This document shows positions 52,301-64,000 of a stretch of 64,000 bases of DNA, one piece after another (the stretch's first letter is position 1; each line of letters begins with the position of its first letter). The notes under the pieces were generated by a model. The model made no database searches and was not told where the DNA came from. It saw nothing but the letters and a program-made list of their open reading frames with translations. Both the position numbers and the translations under genes were made by a program. The stretch is from Catajapyx aquilonaris (taxonomy: Eukaryota), in NCBI GenBank assembly GCA_000934665.2, contig JYFJ02000088.1, positions 1 through 64,000 of the forward strand, in the 5' to 3' direction.

Positions 52301-53775
52301 ACAGCCCAAGATCATTGCATTGTATCGGGATGTCACAATGAAGAGGAGATCCTTGTCATCCTCCTGAAAATGCAGAATAAAAATGAAAAGGAGAATTGTA
52401 AATGTTTTCTAAGTGCTCCGTGATTCAGTAAATGTTAGTGCAATAGTGTTATTCAATGGAATTGGCAGTGGCTACTTTATGTATATTCACACATGCATTT
52501 CTTTTGCTGAGGAGACAAGTGTACTCTGCTTACAGGCTTCCTGAAGAGCTTCATGACGGAGACCCTTCCATAGATGCTGACCTCCTTCAGTGGCCTTAGA
52601 CCTTCAGGTGTTACCAGGTGCAGCTCCAAGCGGGTGTTTTTCGCAAGAATCAGGTTGAGGTCATTGGGCGATGTGAAATTGCCTGTGGATGTACAATATG
52701 CAATGAAATATGGAAGTGGCAGTTGACTACCAGTCATTATACAGGGCCAATTCATTGATTCCTCATTTCCCATTTCGATAGTTCACACCTGCTTTGGTAC
52801 ACCCCAAGCAAATAAGACCCAGCTCTGCCTAGTACGAGTTAGTTTTTTTTCCCCCCAAGTGGCTGAGGCTGGTATACCTTGGCCCTGACATTATTGATTC
52901 AATTAGAGAATGGCCCTCATGTTGCACTGGTAACAATGCATTTCATTAATGTCAACAATGAAACCAACAATTACTGGCTTGTGACATCAGTACCATTCTC
53001 TTGTTGAATCAATAGCAGCATTGTCCAACTCTTTGCTTGCCTGCTGGGGTCAGTGAACCTACATCATTGTTTAGCGACAGATTTTAGCATTACTACAATG
53101 AACCTCTGAGAAAATTCTTGGTTTGTTTTATCTCGCATCCCCATTCTTTCATAGGTTTTTTTCTTTGCCTTGAGCAGTCAACACCGTCATTGGAGAGGAT
53201 AATGTGAATAACTTTTGTTTGCGCACAGCAAACTTGTGAATTCCTCATTACGCCATAACACTGCTCTGAGTCAACAACTCCACCAGGCAAATGCACCATC
53301 TACGGGCTGCAACACCAAAACTGCTGTGGAAGTTTGATCACCACCACATAACTCATTGCAATCCTCTCTGTATTAGTTAAAATAATAAATGACCATCTCT
53401 CAATCTTCTCCAGGAATCTCGGGAGTTGGCAGCTCCTACGAAGGGTACCGACCGTTACCCAACCTCATTGTGTTGCATACCACCTCCCACCGGTCTTACA
53501 GTGGTCGTTATCTCAGTGGTAGGTTACCTCCGTTCTCCAGACTGCTTCTCTCAGCTCACAGAATGTACCCTAACGGACGGCATGCTGGTCCATATCACCC
53601 CAAGTGTGTATTGCAAGAACCCATTCCGAATCACGAACCAGACCCACAGCAGGGTGTTGTGGCCCAAGTGACCCATCCCTTGTACACAACTCCCACGGTG
53701 TGTTCCATGCATACCCGTGACGCAGGCTGTGACCGCCGTCGGCTTGTGCGCCGTGACCACGTAGTGGTGAGCCAT
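46391..53775 (-). CDS. DDB1: DNA damage-binding protein 1 (15 coding exons)
   Basis: [31 protein letters not shown]..., [61 protein letters not shown], ...VEDLTRIH*. All junctions inspected are GT-AG. Confidence 0.97.
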
Positions 53776-54372
53776 CCCTCCTCAGTCGGGCTATCTCGAG
53801 GGCCGCAGCCGAATGGTCTTCCAATCCCCTGCAGCCTCCTGTTTGGAGCAATGTCCGATCAGTGGCTGGCAACCAACGCACTCACCTTCCCATCCGCCAT
53901 TTTGAAGCGGCAGCCGGTCACTTGAACAAAACCGCCGCAGTGCGCATGCGTCACTCTGAGAGAGCGTAGCTGCTGCAATGTAGCTGCTTTCACACTATAA
54001 CGGCTACAAATAGCAGTTATCACGATATTATCCTGAAAGCGACACTTCCCGTCACTCTGGATGGACGTGTGGGTAGCCACAATGACAGGATAATGTGTGT
54101 CAGTAACGTGGTGTTTGCAATATTCAATTACCTAGTAACCAACCCATATTTTACTGTCATCATCAATAACGACTGTAGTAATATTTTCTGGGCACAATAA
54201 TCGTTAAACTGTAACGATTTATTTGATGAGCAACATGTCAAATTGTCACTCTAAAAAATGCATTAGGATCAGAGAAGATTAATTCAGGATATGTTCACTG
54301 GGCGACCTTCGCAATACATTTTGTAGAAAGTGGCTCAGTATAACAGCCGCCTTCATAGACTCATAGAAAAAA

Positions 54373-56136
54373 ATGATGCAACTTTATATAATTTTGCTGC
54401 TTTCGTTTCTGCGAATATGTGTTCCGGTGGATGAGTCCATGGCTCAGTTTTTGGGATTGGCTTGGAAGAGTCAGGCTCAGAACTGCTTTTTAGTATTAGT
54501 GCACAACTATACAAACATACCGATGCCATATGTGGAGCTGGTGCAACGGATGCATCGTGATTGGAATCCTACGGTGGACATTACAAATATGGTTAGTGAC
54601 CGTGACCCACGAGGATGCTTCTTTTTCGCAAGTTTGGGATCTGATGTACCATCATGGGCTTCAGAATCGGACTACGTGGTGTCTTTAGTTACCGGGAACG
54701 ATACAGCTGAAGCTGTGCTGGGCAGAACAAAAATCAGTAAGAAGGTAGCAGTGGTATACAGTGGCGGGTTGGAGGTACATGCACCTGGGGTACTACTTTC
54801 CGATGAGCCAACAGAGACATACCGCAGTGGTGATGACATATTTCGCATACGGAGTCTTAACCTGATGGGCCGGATATTACGAGTCGCATGCTACCAGGCA
54901 CCACCTCTAATTACCCTTCGAAGAATAGGCAACCGAATGGTACCTGCTGGTGGACGTGGACCACCGCTCCTTCAAGTGCTGGAACATGCCTTGAATTTCA
55001 CCCTGGAAGTGTACGAAACACCAGACAATTCACTGGGGGTTTTCCGAAACGGCAGTTGGAATGGCATTGTAGGTGAAGTGGTACAAGGTCTTGCCGATGC
55101 CGGAAGCGAAAACGCGGTATCCGAGGACCGATGGCTCGTTGTAGATTTTGCTACCCCGTATGAAGCAGCCGGTTTGACCTTTCTGGTCATACCAAATAAA
55201 GTGAGTGAGTGCTCATCGTGGTCGGCCATACTGGGTCCATTCCATGTCTTCACATGGCTCGCAACAGCAGCCGCAACTCTAATGGCCGCTATTTTGTTCC
55301 GGATTAGCTACAAACACGAGCATCCCCTATTGTCTGTAGTACGACCATTGTTGGAGCAAGGACATGCACCAGCTGGTGCTAGACTGTTCCTTACCATTTG
55401 GTTCATGTTTTCCATACTGATCGGTACAGCCTACAAGAGCAAATTGATGGCGGTTCTGACCATGCCATCCCAGCCTGTGTATCCAACCACTTTTGGACAG
55501 TTAGCAAAGACGTCAATGCGTGTTGCATTGGGACACAGGACCGGTATGGCTGAGAAGCTCCTCATGTCATCGCAAAGCGATCATTTCAGGACACTAAGAT
55601 CGAGGCTGGACACGACCCAGGTCTCATATAGAGACTGTGCTGTGATGGCACTAACCAAAAATTACGCATGTGTCGACTACGATTTTTTTCTGAACGACAT
55701 TGTCGATTCAGAGTTTCACAACAAATGGGGAAAGTCACCTTTTGTGTTGGCTTCAGACAGGGAATATGCGATGTATAGCACCATATTCTTCAGTAAAGGC
55801 TCGCCATTGGCCAGGGTTGCTTCGAATGTAATACGTAATTTGGTGGCCATGGGCTTGACGGACCATTGGAAACAGCGGTATGTACATAAGTGTAAGTCAG
55901 AAGGAAGGGCAAGGGCTCAAAGTGAAGCTGCTTCTTCTTCGGATGAGTTGTCAGAGCATGGTCTTACAGCCCTGTCGCTTGAAAATCTCAGGAGTGTTAT
56001 TTTGCTTGAAATTGTTGGTTTGACCCTGGCTGGATTTGCTTTTGCCTCGGAGGTTGCTAGAGTGAAGTATCGAAAGGACCAACTTATACACAAGCCTTCT
56101 TGGACTGGAACATTGCACCACATTGCATGTGAGTAA
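54373..56136 (+). CDS. Divergent ionotropic receptor (variant iGluR), intronless
   Basis: 587 aa ORF: signal-like N terminus, S1 (ALNFTLE..GSWNGIVGEVVQGLAD..RWLVVDFATPY), M1 (ILGPFHVFTW), pore (LLEQG), M3 (AYKSKLMAVLT), S2, M4. Confidence 0.88.
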   Translation: MMQLYIILLLSFLRICVPVDESMAQFLGLAWKSQAQNCFLVLVHNYTNIPMPYVELVQRMHRDWNPTVDITNMVSDRDPRGCFFFASLGSDVPSWASESDYVVSLVTGNDTAEAVLGRTKISKKVAVVYSGGLEVHAPGVLLSDEPTETYRSGDDIFRIRSLNLMGRILRVACYQAPPLITLRRIGNRMVPAGGRGPPLLQVLEHALNFTLEVYETPDNSLGVFRNGSWNGIVGEVVQGLADAGSENAVSEDRWLVVDFATPYEAAGLTFLVIPNKVSECSSWSAILGPFHVFTWLATAAATLMAAILFRISYKHEHPLLSVVRPLLEQGHAPAGARLFLTIWFMFSILIGTAYKSKLMAVLTMPSQPVYPTTFGQLAKTSMRVALGHRTGMAEKLLMSSQSDHFRTLRSRLDTTQVSYRDCAVMALTKNYACVDYDFFLNDIVDSEFHNKWGKSPFVLASDREYAMYSTIFFSKGSPLARVASNVIRNLVAMGLTDHWKQRYVHKCKSEGRARAQSEAASSSDELSEHGLTALSLENLRSVILLEIVGLTLAGFAFASEVARVKYRKDQLIHKPSWTGTLHHIACE

Positions 56137-56854
56137 GTGTAATATTTGCGCCTCATTATTTCTCATCGGTATATGACAACTTGGCCTTTAGATTTCTATC
56201 AGTTGTTGACCTCAATGGCGGCAGTAGCTTTCGTGCATCATTGATTCTACCATGCAGAATACAAGCAATCACTCATATGTAATCACCCTCACTCATCGGG
56301 TTGCTTTCAAGATAATTAAGGAACTTTGCCATTCTGAGGGGTGAATAAATGACAGCCTTATTTTGATATCATTAAATTGTTGCTTGTTATATTTTGAAGA
56401 AAAGAAATGTGCTTGATCGATTGGTATAGTTGACCACTTTTCTGTGAACAATAAATCAGAGACGACACTTATTCCCACATATTAATATTGAAAATCTACA
56501 TAATTTTTGTCTAAATTATTTCAAAAGTGCCCAAAGTAAAGAAAATAAGTGCTATAAATAACTAGATTAGTGCTTTTCAAATAGCCATATTAGTATTTTG
56601 GATCACTCTATATATACAGTTATTATCACATATATCTGGCTTCATAGCGGCAGTGACCTGACGGGCAGAATTTATATACCAAACACATGAATAATTGGCG
56701 AACATAATGTCCTGCAAGTCACACGCTATTTGCCTTATACTTCCACGCATTGACCTAATTTTGGGCACTTTCAATATGGCCCAAAGGCTTTTATGATAAT
56801 GAATGTCATATCGTCCTAGAGGCATTGCTATTTGAGCTTTTCACAACTACAGTC

Positions 56855-58912
56855 ATGCTTCTACTCTGGTTCTTCACCTTACTGACTTATCGGACAGTAA
56901 CGTGCCATTTCGTTTACGATGTGAATGCAACCAGAGAAAACTCAGCGTTAGGATGGATAGTGTCAGACTTAATGTGGTTTATCATCAGGAATCAGCTGCC
57001 AAAGTGTGCTGTGGTTTTGGCGTTGGGAGAAACACACCCTGGATTTTTTCCTGCAAATGAATTCCTGCTGCAATTGAACAGTGAGTACAGATTTGGATTG
57101 ATGCTGCAGGAGGATGACACTGAATTTCCATATCGGTTTGAGGACTACTTAGGACTAGTGAGACAAGAGGACCTGTACAGTTTTCGAACCATACCACCAG
57201 AGTTGCTGTCCAGACAACCTTTGAACAACGAGTGCACTTTGAACCTCATTGCTGTTAAGGATTTTCAGCAGTTCAGATCACTAACTGTTCGTTTAGCGTC
57301 GCTCATAAGGGTGAGGAATCTCGAAGATTATTTTGTGATTTGGACAGGGAAGGACCTAGAGCGAACTCTACTCTCACACCCTGCATCTGGAATTAAGTAT
57401 AAGATAGGTGTGTCAAAGACCAATCGATGTGAGTCCGATGAACTTCGTTTGACAACAGTGTGTTTTAACTGCGACGGAGGCAACCCCACTTTTCATAATC
57501 TGTGGTGTTACGATAAGTTTTACCAGCCAGGTCCTGCATACGAGTTATTTCCAGATATGTCACGTCAGCTAAGAGGACGTAAGTTCAAATCGGCGTTTAT
57601 GTATGACCTTTCAATTGAAGAAATTAATGCCAAAGTTGACCGAAATGGAATCGCGTCTCTCCCTATTTTGGAGAGGTTGTTGTGGGAAATTGTTGATATA
57701 TTTAATACTACTATTGAACTGTACCTTCCACCTATTGACGACATTAAAACGTATGAAACTCGGCTTGAAAATGGGTCGTGGGTAGGTACAGTGGGTGAGA
57801 TATTAAAAGGTGCTTCTGACATATCTGCAGTGGGTATTCTCACCTCGGAGACAATAAAATACATGAGTCCCGGTTACCCTGCCATGCACATAAATTACAT
57901 GTTTACCGTCAGGAAAGCACGACCTTTGTTGACTTGGGATGTGATTGTGCGACCTTTTAGCTACCTGGCATGGATATGCGTAATTTCGTGCGTGTTGGTG
58001 GGGTCACTGTCTTTGACTATGATTTCAAAAAGCGAGGGGCAATTGTTTCGTGCTCAAAAAGCCATGTCCCTGAAGAAGTCATTGGGATATACACTACAAA
58101 GCTTAGTAGAACAATCTTTTCATGTTCCATCGCTCATAGCAACCAGAACATTCACAGCTTTCATGTTGTTCTTTGCAATCATATTTGTAAGCGCTTACAA
58201 AAGCAAGTTAGTGTCGATGATGTCCTCACCACCTCTACAATCCATTCCTCTAACTTACGAACAGCTATTAGATTCCTCCTACCGCTTTGGTATGGACACA
58301 GGTCAGTACATATTCCTTTTGGGACTTCTTGCAATCAGAGACATCCCAACTTTATATCAGCTCACCAAAAGCCCCAGATTTGTAATAGCGGACCCATTTG
58401 ATAAGTGCATCAGATACTCTTACGAGAGTAAATATGCGTGCATTTCACTTGATCTTCTGCTGAAGGAACATATTCCATCGCATGTGTCTCTGGAAGGAGA
58501 GCAGTTGTTGCTGATGGCAGGGAAGAGTGACGAAAGCTGGTTTTACCTTGGGCCATCTTTCCCCAGAGACTCGGTTTATGCTGGCTGGGTCGGTCGAGCA
58601 ATGCAGATCTATGTGGGTGAATCGGATCTGCTGGAAAAAGTGTACAATGACCATGTGCATTATGAGCTGCTGAAGAATGTGTACAACCAAAAGCATGAAG
58701 TGAGGAAGCCCCTGAATCTGTCCTACTTCATATCACCATTTGGATTTCTGGTGTGTGGCCTCTCTGTGAGTGTGGTATTTTTTGTGTGTGAACATGTTCA
58801 AAAGCGATGTGTGATTGACATCGAGAAAAAAAGACGAGATGAATTTCTTGCCGCCTTGAATGCAGCCAGTGTGGGTGAATGGTACATGAACAAAGATACC
58901 TTTTGCTTATAA
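56855..58912 (+). CDS. Divergent ionotropic receptor (variant iGluR), intronless
   Basis: Long ORF with first ATG at 56855: NGSWVGTVGEILKGASDIS, IVRPFSYLAW, SLVEQS, AYKSKLVSMMSSP, C-terminal TM (FISPFGFLVCGLSVSVVFFVCE). Confidence 0.88.
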   Translation: MLLLWFFTLLTYRTVTCHFVYDVNATRENSALGWIVSDLMWFIIRNQLPKCAVVLALGETHPGFFPANEFLLQLNSEYRFGLMLQEDDTEFPYRFEDYLGLVRQEDLYSFRTIPPELLSRQPLNNECTLNLIAVKDFQQFRSLTVRLASLIRVRNLEDYFVIWTGKDLERTLLSHPASGIKYKIGVSKTNRCESDELRLTTVCFNCDGGNPTFHNLWCYDKFYQPGPAYELFPDMSRQLRGRKFKSAFMYDLSIEEINAKVDRNGIASLPILERLLWEIVDIFNTTIELYLPPIDDIKTYETRLENGSWVGTVGEILKGASDISAVGILTSETIKYMSPGYPAMHINYMFTVRKARPLLTWDVIVRPFSYLAWICVISCVLVGSLSLTMISKSEGQLFRAQKAMSLKKSLGYTLQSLVEQSFHVPSLIATRTFTAFMLFFAIIFVSAYKSKLVSMMSSPPLQSIPLTYEQLLDSSYRFGMDTGQYIFLLGLLAIRDIPTLYQLTKSPRFVIADPFDKCIRYSYESKYACISLDLLLKEHIPSHVSLEGEQLLLMAGKSDESWFYLGPSFPRDSVYAGWVGRAMQIYVGESDLLEKVYNDHVHYELLKNVYNQKHEVRKPLNLSYFISPFGFLVCGLSVSVVFFVCEHVQKRCVIDIEKKRRDEFLAALNAASVGEWYMNKDTFCL

Positions 58913-59797
58913 AATGTATATGATAAACCTGCTAGTCCTCAGTGAATAGTGCTGCTAATAATAGCATATATGGATATGTGCATCACAGTGTTTGAAATTG
59001 ATTCTGAGCAGAGTTCAAGTGGAACATCTGCAAGTCATGTAGCTACGTATTCTCTACATTATTATCTCAAACAAAATCAGCTTAGCAAAAACATCACATC
59101 AAGTTTATTTCTTTTATAATACCGTACTGTAGTTCAAAAAAAGTATTGCGATTGAAAATTATAATTAATCTCCCAAGGTTCCTGAGCAAATAGTTATGCA
59201 ATGCACAGTAGCCCCAACACTGACAGGTGGTTGTTTAATCCTGAAAATTTGACAGAATTTCACACCTTCACATTTCTCGTATAAAAATAATGTAATATAT
59301 TAATAGGATTTTATTACCCACTTTGAAGCTCAAGCAAGCGTTGCTACCGTGCATTGTACTGTAGCCTACTACTACTATACCATCATTCAGGTCTTCCATG
59401 TGTTTTCTTCCTTGTTACTACAAGGTCATGCAAAAACACAGTACGGTATTGCGACAATAAATCACACTCATTAAAACCTACACGCTGGCATATAATTACA
59501 AAATAAAAGTCACTGTGCGTCACTTTTAACATTTATGCTGTACGTTTCACACCCATGATTGTGTTGAAACTTGCGTAAAATTTAAATCCTTTTCTGCACC
59601 TACAGTAGGCTATACATGCACCAAATAAATAATTTCCCAAAAATTTCGCTCTCGTTTAATAATTACACCCTCTCCGTTGCTAGGATATTCCAAACACAAC
59701 ATTCGAAGTATCAAATTTCCTGTCCGGCACTCATTTTTTTTAAAGATATTTAATCCCATATAATACTTTCAAAATTTAAAGCTCTACATCACATGTC

Positions 59798-62296
59798 ATG
59801 GCAGAGCCGGTGCCAGTGGCCCCTGTAAGTATGCGCTACAATTTCTTAGTACAAGTAAATGATTTGGTCCTGGTAAACCCTTTATGTTACCCACAAAGGA
59901 CTTCGGACAACCAGAGCCATTGCAGCCAGTACGCCTTCCCTTCGCTGGTCCTCAAGTAAGTCGTGTCCATCTTTGGTGGACCATCGACGACTATTCCCGA
60001 TTGCCCAACAAAGAGCCAGTCAGCTCCCCACCGATTATCACAGGACTGCCCGTGGGACCAGGCAGCGTTCTAAGGCAATGGCACTTTGAAGTTAAGCCTA
60101 GGGTGAGTTACATCAAGTAACTTTTTTTTTTCTTTAACTATCTTGTAGTTTAAAGGGACACTCCACTCAAAAAACAAGATTGTCTCTAAAAATCGGGCAA
60201 AAAATCCTGAATCCGAAGGTGCAATCCGGTTTTCGTTGCGCGGAACGGTAATCCCAGGGAGAGGGGTCAAAGTGGGGAAATTCAAATGGTGAGCTAGAAG
60301 CTGGCCGTCCGCCAGCGACGCCCTCGGGACCTTGGGAACTGGAGGGCTGCTCCCGCCTGCCCGCGCGCTTAGGTCCATCCTTCAGCGGTGCAGCCCTCCA
60401 GTTCCGAAGGTCCCCGCGTGGCGGCGCCGCTCATTAGCAGACGACACACTTTGACCCCTTGCCCTGGGATTACCGTTCCGCGTAGCGAAAAACGGATTGC
60501 ACATTCGGATTCAGGATTTTTTGCCCGATTTTTAGAGCCAAACTTGGTTTTTGAGTGGAGTGTCCCTGTAAAGTTACCCTATGACACTTGTTACAGGTGC
60601 CGTGTAGCGGCGTGGTCTTCACGGAGATACGCCTGGTTCTAGACTGGGCCTGGCGTGAAGATGTGACTGTGTTGTACCAGCTGGCCCAGCTGAACTCTCG
60701 GGCCGAGCTGCTCCACCGAGTCGGCGAGGTCGAAGTGGTCACCAAGAGGCCGAAGCAGAAAGTGGTCACCCAAGCGCACAAGATGCACTATGACCTGATC
60801 AAGAAGGAGTTGCCTCCTTATGACCAGCTGCATCTCTGGGCAGAGATAGTCACTCTAGATGGGTTAAAGGAAGCCCCATTGTCACACGATGACCCGTCTC
60901 TTAGTTTGGTCAGTGGTCTTTCGGTGCTCCTTAGACATACGGGGTCACCCTAAGTGATACCATTTGTCTTCCAGGTTGACGTTGGCATGCCGGACGTGAC
61001 GACGTGGCTTATGTCAGGCCTGTCGCCATTCCTGGCCTCCGACAGATACGCGGACATTAAGCTGTTGATAGGGGCGGCCGCTATTCCTTGCCACAAGGCT
61101 GTGTTGGGCGCGGCCAGCTCTGTTCTGGCCACGATGTTTAAGGAGGAGGAAGAGAGGCAGTTGTCCAAGAAAGAAACGACAGTAGACAGTTCGAGCCTCG
61201 ACAACAGTGGCAAGGACGACTCATTGAGCAACAAAGGAGACAGTCTGATGAGTGTAAGGATGTTGCCAATTTACTGAATGAAGTTAAAGTTCTTTTGTGG
61301 TTTTCGAATCGGTACACTTTATATTGTCCACGATCAGGTTGAAGATTTTGATCCAAACGCATGGTACAGGTTCATGGACCGCGGGAAAATCCTGGAGATG
61401 AGAAACGTCAACCATGAGGTGGTCATAGGTACCCTCCAGCACTTCTACAACGCCGCAGAGATAGATGGAATCAAGGTAATGCGCCTGAAGTGTTCACCAT
61501 CATGAACAAACCTTGTACAGTCAAACTGCTAGCGACATTTTCCGAAGCGGCAGACGTGTAAATCGAAGTGATAGAGTGTGAGCCTGGAGAGTAAGAAATG
61601 GTAAGCCTAGGGTGACGTCACTGGCTGTGGACGAGCCTGTTTCTCCATTGCCCCCCACCCGGTGACGTCACTCAAGGCCTACCTCTTCTTACTCGCACAC
61701 GCGATTAATGTCCAACACTATTATGTCTTCCAGGACCTCTGTTGGGAGATGCTTCACTTCGCTGACAAACTGAAGTGCGAGCGTCTGAAGGAGATATGTT
61801 CCCGGGAGCTGGAGCAGCAGTTGTCGGCCGATAACGCCTCCACGATCCTCAGTATTGCCCACGATGGTCACGCCAAGGAGCTGAAGAAGTCCGTCCTGAC
61901 CTTCACGGCCGACTGCACCCTGCAGGTCACCTCCTCCGGGGCATGGGATGTACTGATGAGGGACTCACCTCAACTGGCCAAAGAGGTCATTCATGCCGCG
62001 ATAGGACCTGCTATCAGGGCTAACCTGATTGAAGCAGAGAGGAGGCGGTTACTCATTGGCGTAAGTGCACCACATGAATTAATTAAGACAATTAATTGAT
62101 AGAATCGTCGATGTTTCAGGCTCTGCAGGCGACTCATCAGATGCAAGAACAGATGGCTGCTAGAGATAAGGGCTTCAATGAGCCAGGAATGGATGCGAAC
62201 ATGTTACGCTATGTGCGACGAAACCTTCGCGTACGTGACCTGCGCATGGCCGTGGAACCGCTCACCAAAAATACTCCTACTAGCACCAGCTTGTAG
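59798..62296 (+). CDS. SPOP/TDPOZ-like BTB-BACK domain protein, divergent
   Basis: BTB (YADIKLLIG..IPCHKAVLGAASSVLATMF) and BACK-like region (LHFADKLKCERLKEICSRELEQQLSADNASTILSIAH..AKELKK..WDVLMRDSPQLAKEVI). Exons from 60597 onward are well supported; the 5' exons (59798-60101) are tentative. Confidence 0.72.
60154..60567. mobile_element. Non-autonomous Kolobok-like DNA transposon in an intron of the BTB gene
   Basis: ~120 bp imperfect TIRs AGGGACACTCCACTCAAAAA...TTTTTGAGTGGAGTGTCCCT, flanked by TTAA (60150-60153) and GTAA (60568-60571). Confidence 0.8.
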
Positions 62297-64000
62297 ATCA
62301 CTGACTTTCACGCCTTGATATGACCTTTAAAAAAGTGTAATATATGATTAGGAAAATACAAAAAAATATATATTGCACGGTGTTGCGTAGATTTAAAAAA
62401 ATAGTAGCAGTGTTATCTAGAGATCCGGATGTAATCTGTCATATCTTGGGACTTTGCATGTGACTTCTCGACAAGGAAGATGTTTCTGGAAAGCCAAATG
62501 CACTATGTCACCAACTGAGAGTGATGTCACAGTGCTATAGATTAGCCTACTACTGTATATCCTTCCTGTATTTAGCTAGCTTCAGAATAATTTATGTAGA
62601 CAGGTCTGCTATAAACAGAGTACTGTACGTACGACGTACTTGATGACTCATTGGCGGTATATCTGTTGGCATTGGATTTTTTCCTTGCGTGTTTAATTTA
62701 CGGATACGATTTTCACGCTACTGAGCATAATAATAAGGTAGGTCAGGCGTCGACAATTTGCAGCGTAGACAAGCTGCAAGTAATTAAGGCGAGCGACATG
62801 AACAGCCTATAGCTTGTACAGTGTACATATAAAAATGAGAGTAAAATAACACGATGAATAATCGTTTCCGGAGATAATTTTCGCTTATTTTTAGAACATA
62901 CTAATGATTTTTTGGGGGATATAGCATAAGGGAAATAAATCTTCCTGCAATATGATGATTTTGTTCAAATGAAACAATACGAACGACAAGAACAGTCTAT
63001 AATGACAACAGCATGTATTACTACTTCCACCAGAGAATCTCCCTGGTGTCGTAATGACAAATATTTTAATTACAATGTCACCAATGACAGTACAATTAAA
63101 TGCTTGTGATGGTTACATTCTTATCATAACGACTCGAGCAAGGTATATAGAGTTAGGGGGGAATAACCTTTCGAAAGGTTTTAGGGCTCCAGAATACGAT
63201 TTCTTTCACACAGTGTTATATTACGCTCATGAGAACTTTCGACAGGTTTTATAACTTAATACCAGGATGATTTTTTCCCGTAGCTTTATTGTATCGTCAC
63301 TAACAAACCAAGACATCTAATAAGACCTGTGTAAAACTAATGATATATCAGTTCCAACAAAATTATCCGGTATCCGGCATAACAATCTTCCAAATAATAC
63401 CGTTGGAACTGACCATCACCTATGTTACAATGAACTCGTTGAAGCTCCTGACCTTGTTCTGTACCATGTTTTTGTTCGAGACTGCAAAAAGGATATGGCA
63501 TAGCCATATCATATCCTTTTGTTTGTGGGGGTGCGCACACTAATGACCTCTTGTCCTTCATTAAACTACGGACTATTCATGCTTACGCTACTAATACATT
63601 CAAATGGCATGTTACGAGTGACAGAGGAAGTTAAGTAAATAACCTTCGGAATGTCAGCAATATTCTGAGTAATAGTAATATGCCTAGTCATACCTGAGCT
63701 ACCTCATGAGGGAAAATCCCTATGAATGTTATTACCATAATATTTCCAGCAAAAAACCTGTGACATCACGTAGGTCCAACACTAATAATATAGGGCTTAT
63801 AGGCTACTAAAAATACACATAATTATTTCTAAAAATACATATTATAGCCTAAATAGTTCGATATATCCCTAAATCTGAAAATATTATGCAAATATGCATA
63901 TGCTCCTAAATAAGCACTAGTATGTATAAAACTTGTCTTTCTGCATGTTTTCCTATGGTTGACATAGCAGCCCTGTATGTAACATGGGCACTGTCCTTGA

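Noticed and set aside
52987..53068. C/D-like arrangement in DDB1 intron 1 with an 8-nt match to 18S antisense
   Set aside because: Imperfect C box and a guide too short to exceed chance.
53389..53925. 178-aa plus-strand ORF antisense to DDB1 exon 1
   Set aside because: GC-rich promoter-region shadow ORF with no recognisable domain.
62300..64000. Short ORFs in the AT-rich end of the window
   Set aside because: No homology or splice pattern; treated as UTR or intergenic sequence.

Overview
Eukaryotic genomic DNA, gene-dense with mostly short introns, most consistent with an arthropod (possibly non-insect; inferred from a CLIP protease, kayak-type Fos, divergent ionotropic receptors and sallimus/kettin repeats). 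I read 14 apparently intact protein-coding genes: ASNSD1, CLIC, PPIL6-like, RIOX2/MINA53, POLR2F, CHMP1B, a CLIP-domain serine protease, Fos/kayak, aftiphilin, ARL16, DDB1, two intronless ionotropic receptors and a SPOP-like BTB-BACK gene. Also present: an intron-retaining, frameshifted sallimus/kettin pseudogene fragment carrying two foldback MITEs, three further inverted-repeat elements, a tRNA-derived SINE, a minisatellite in Fos intron 1, a U12-type intron (CHMP1B) and a GC-AG intron (RIOX2). I found no wholly new system that I can prove from sequence alone. The best leads are the sls pseudogene and its hairpin inserts, a Leu-to-Glu change in the Fos zipper, an arthropod RIOX2, and repeated YY1-motif-derived upstream ATGs. 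Exon boundaries were placed by eye and gene names come from recalled family motifs; no database search was run.
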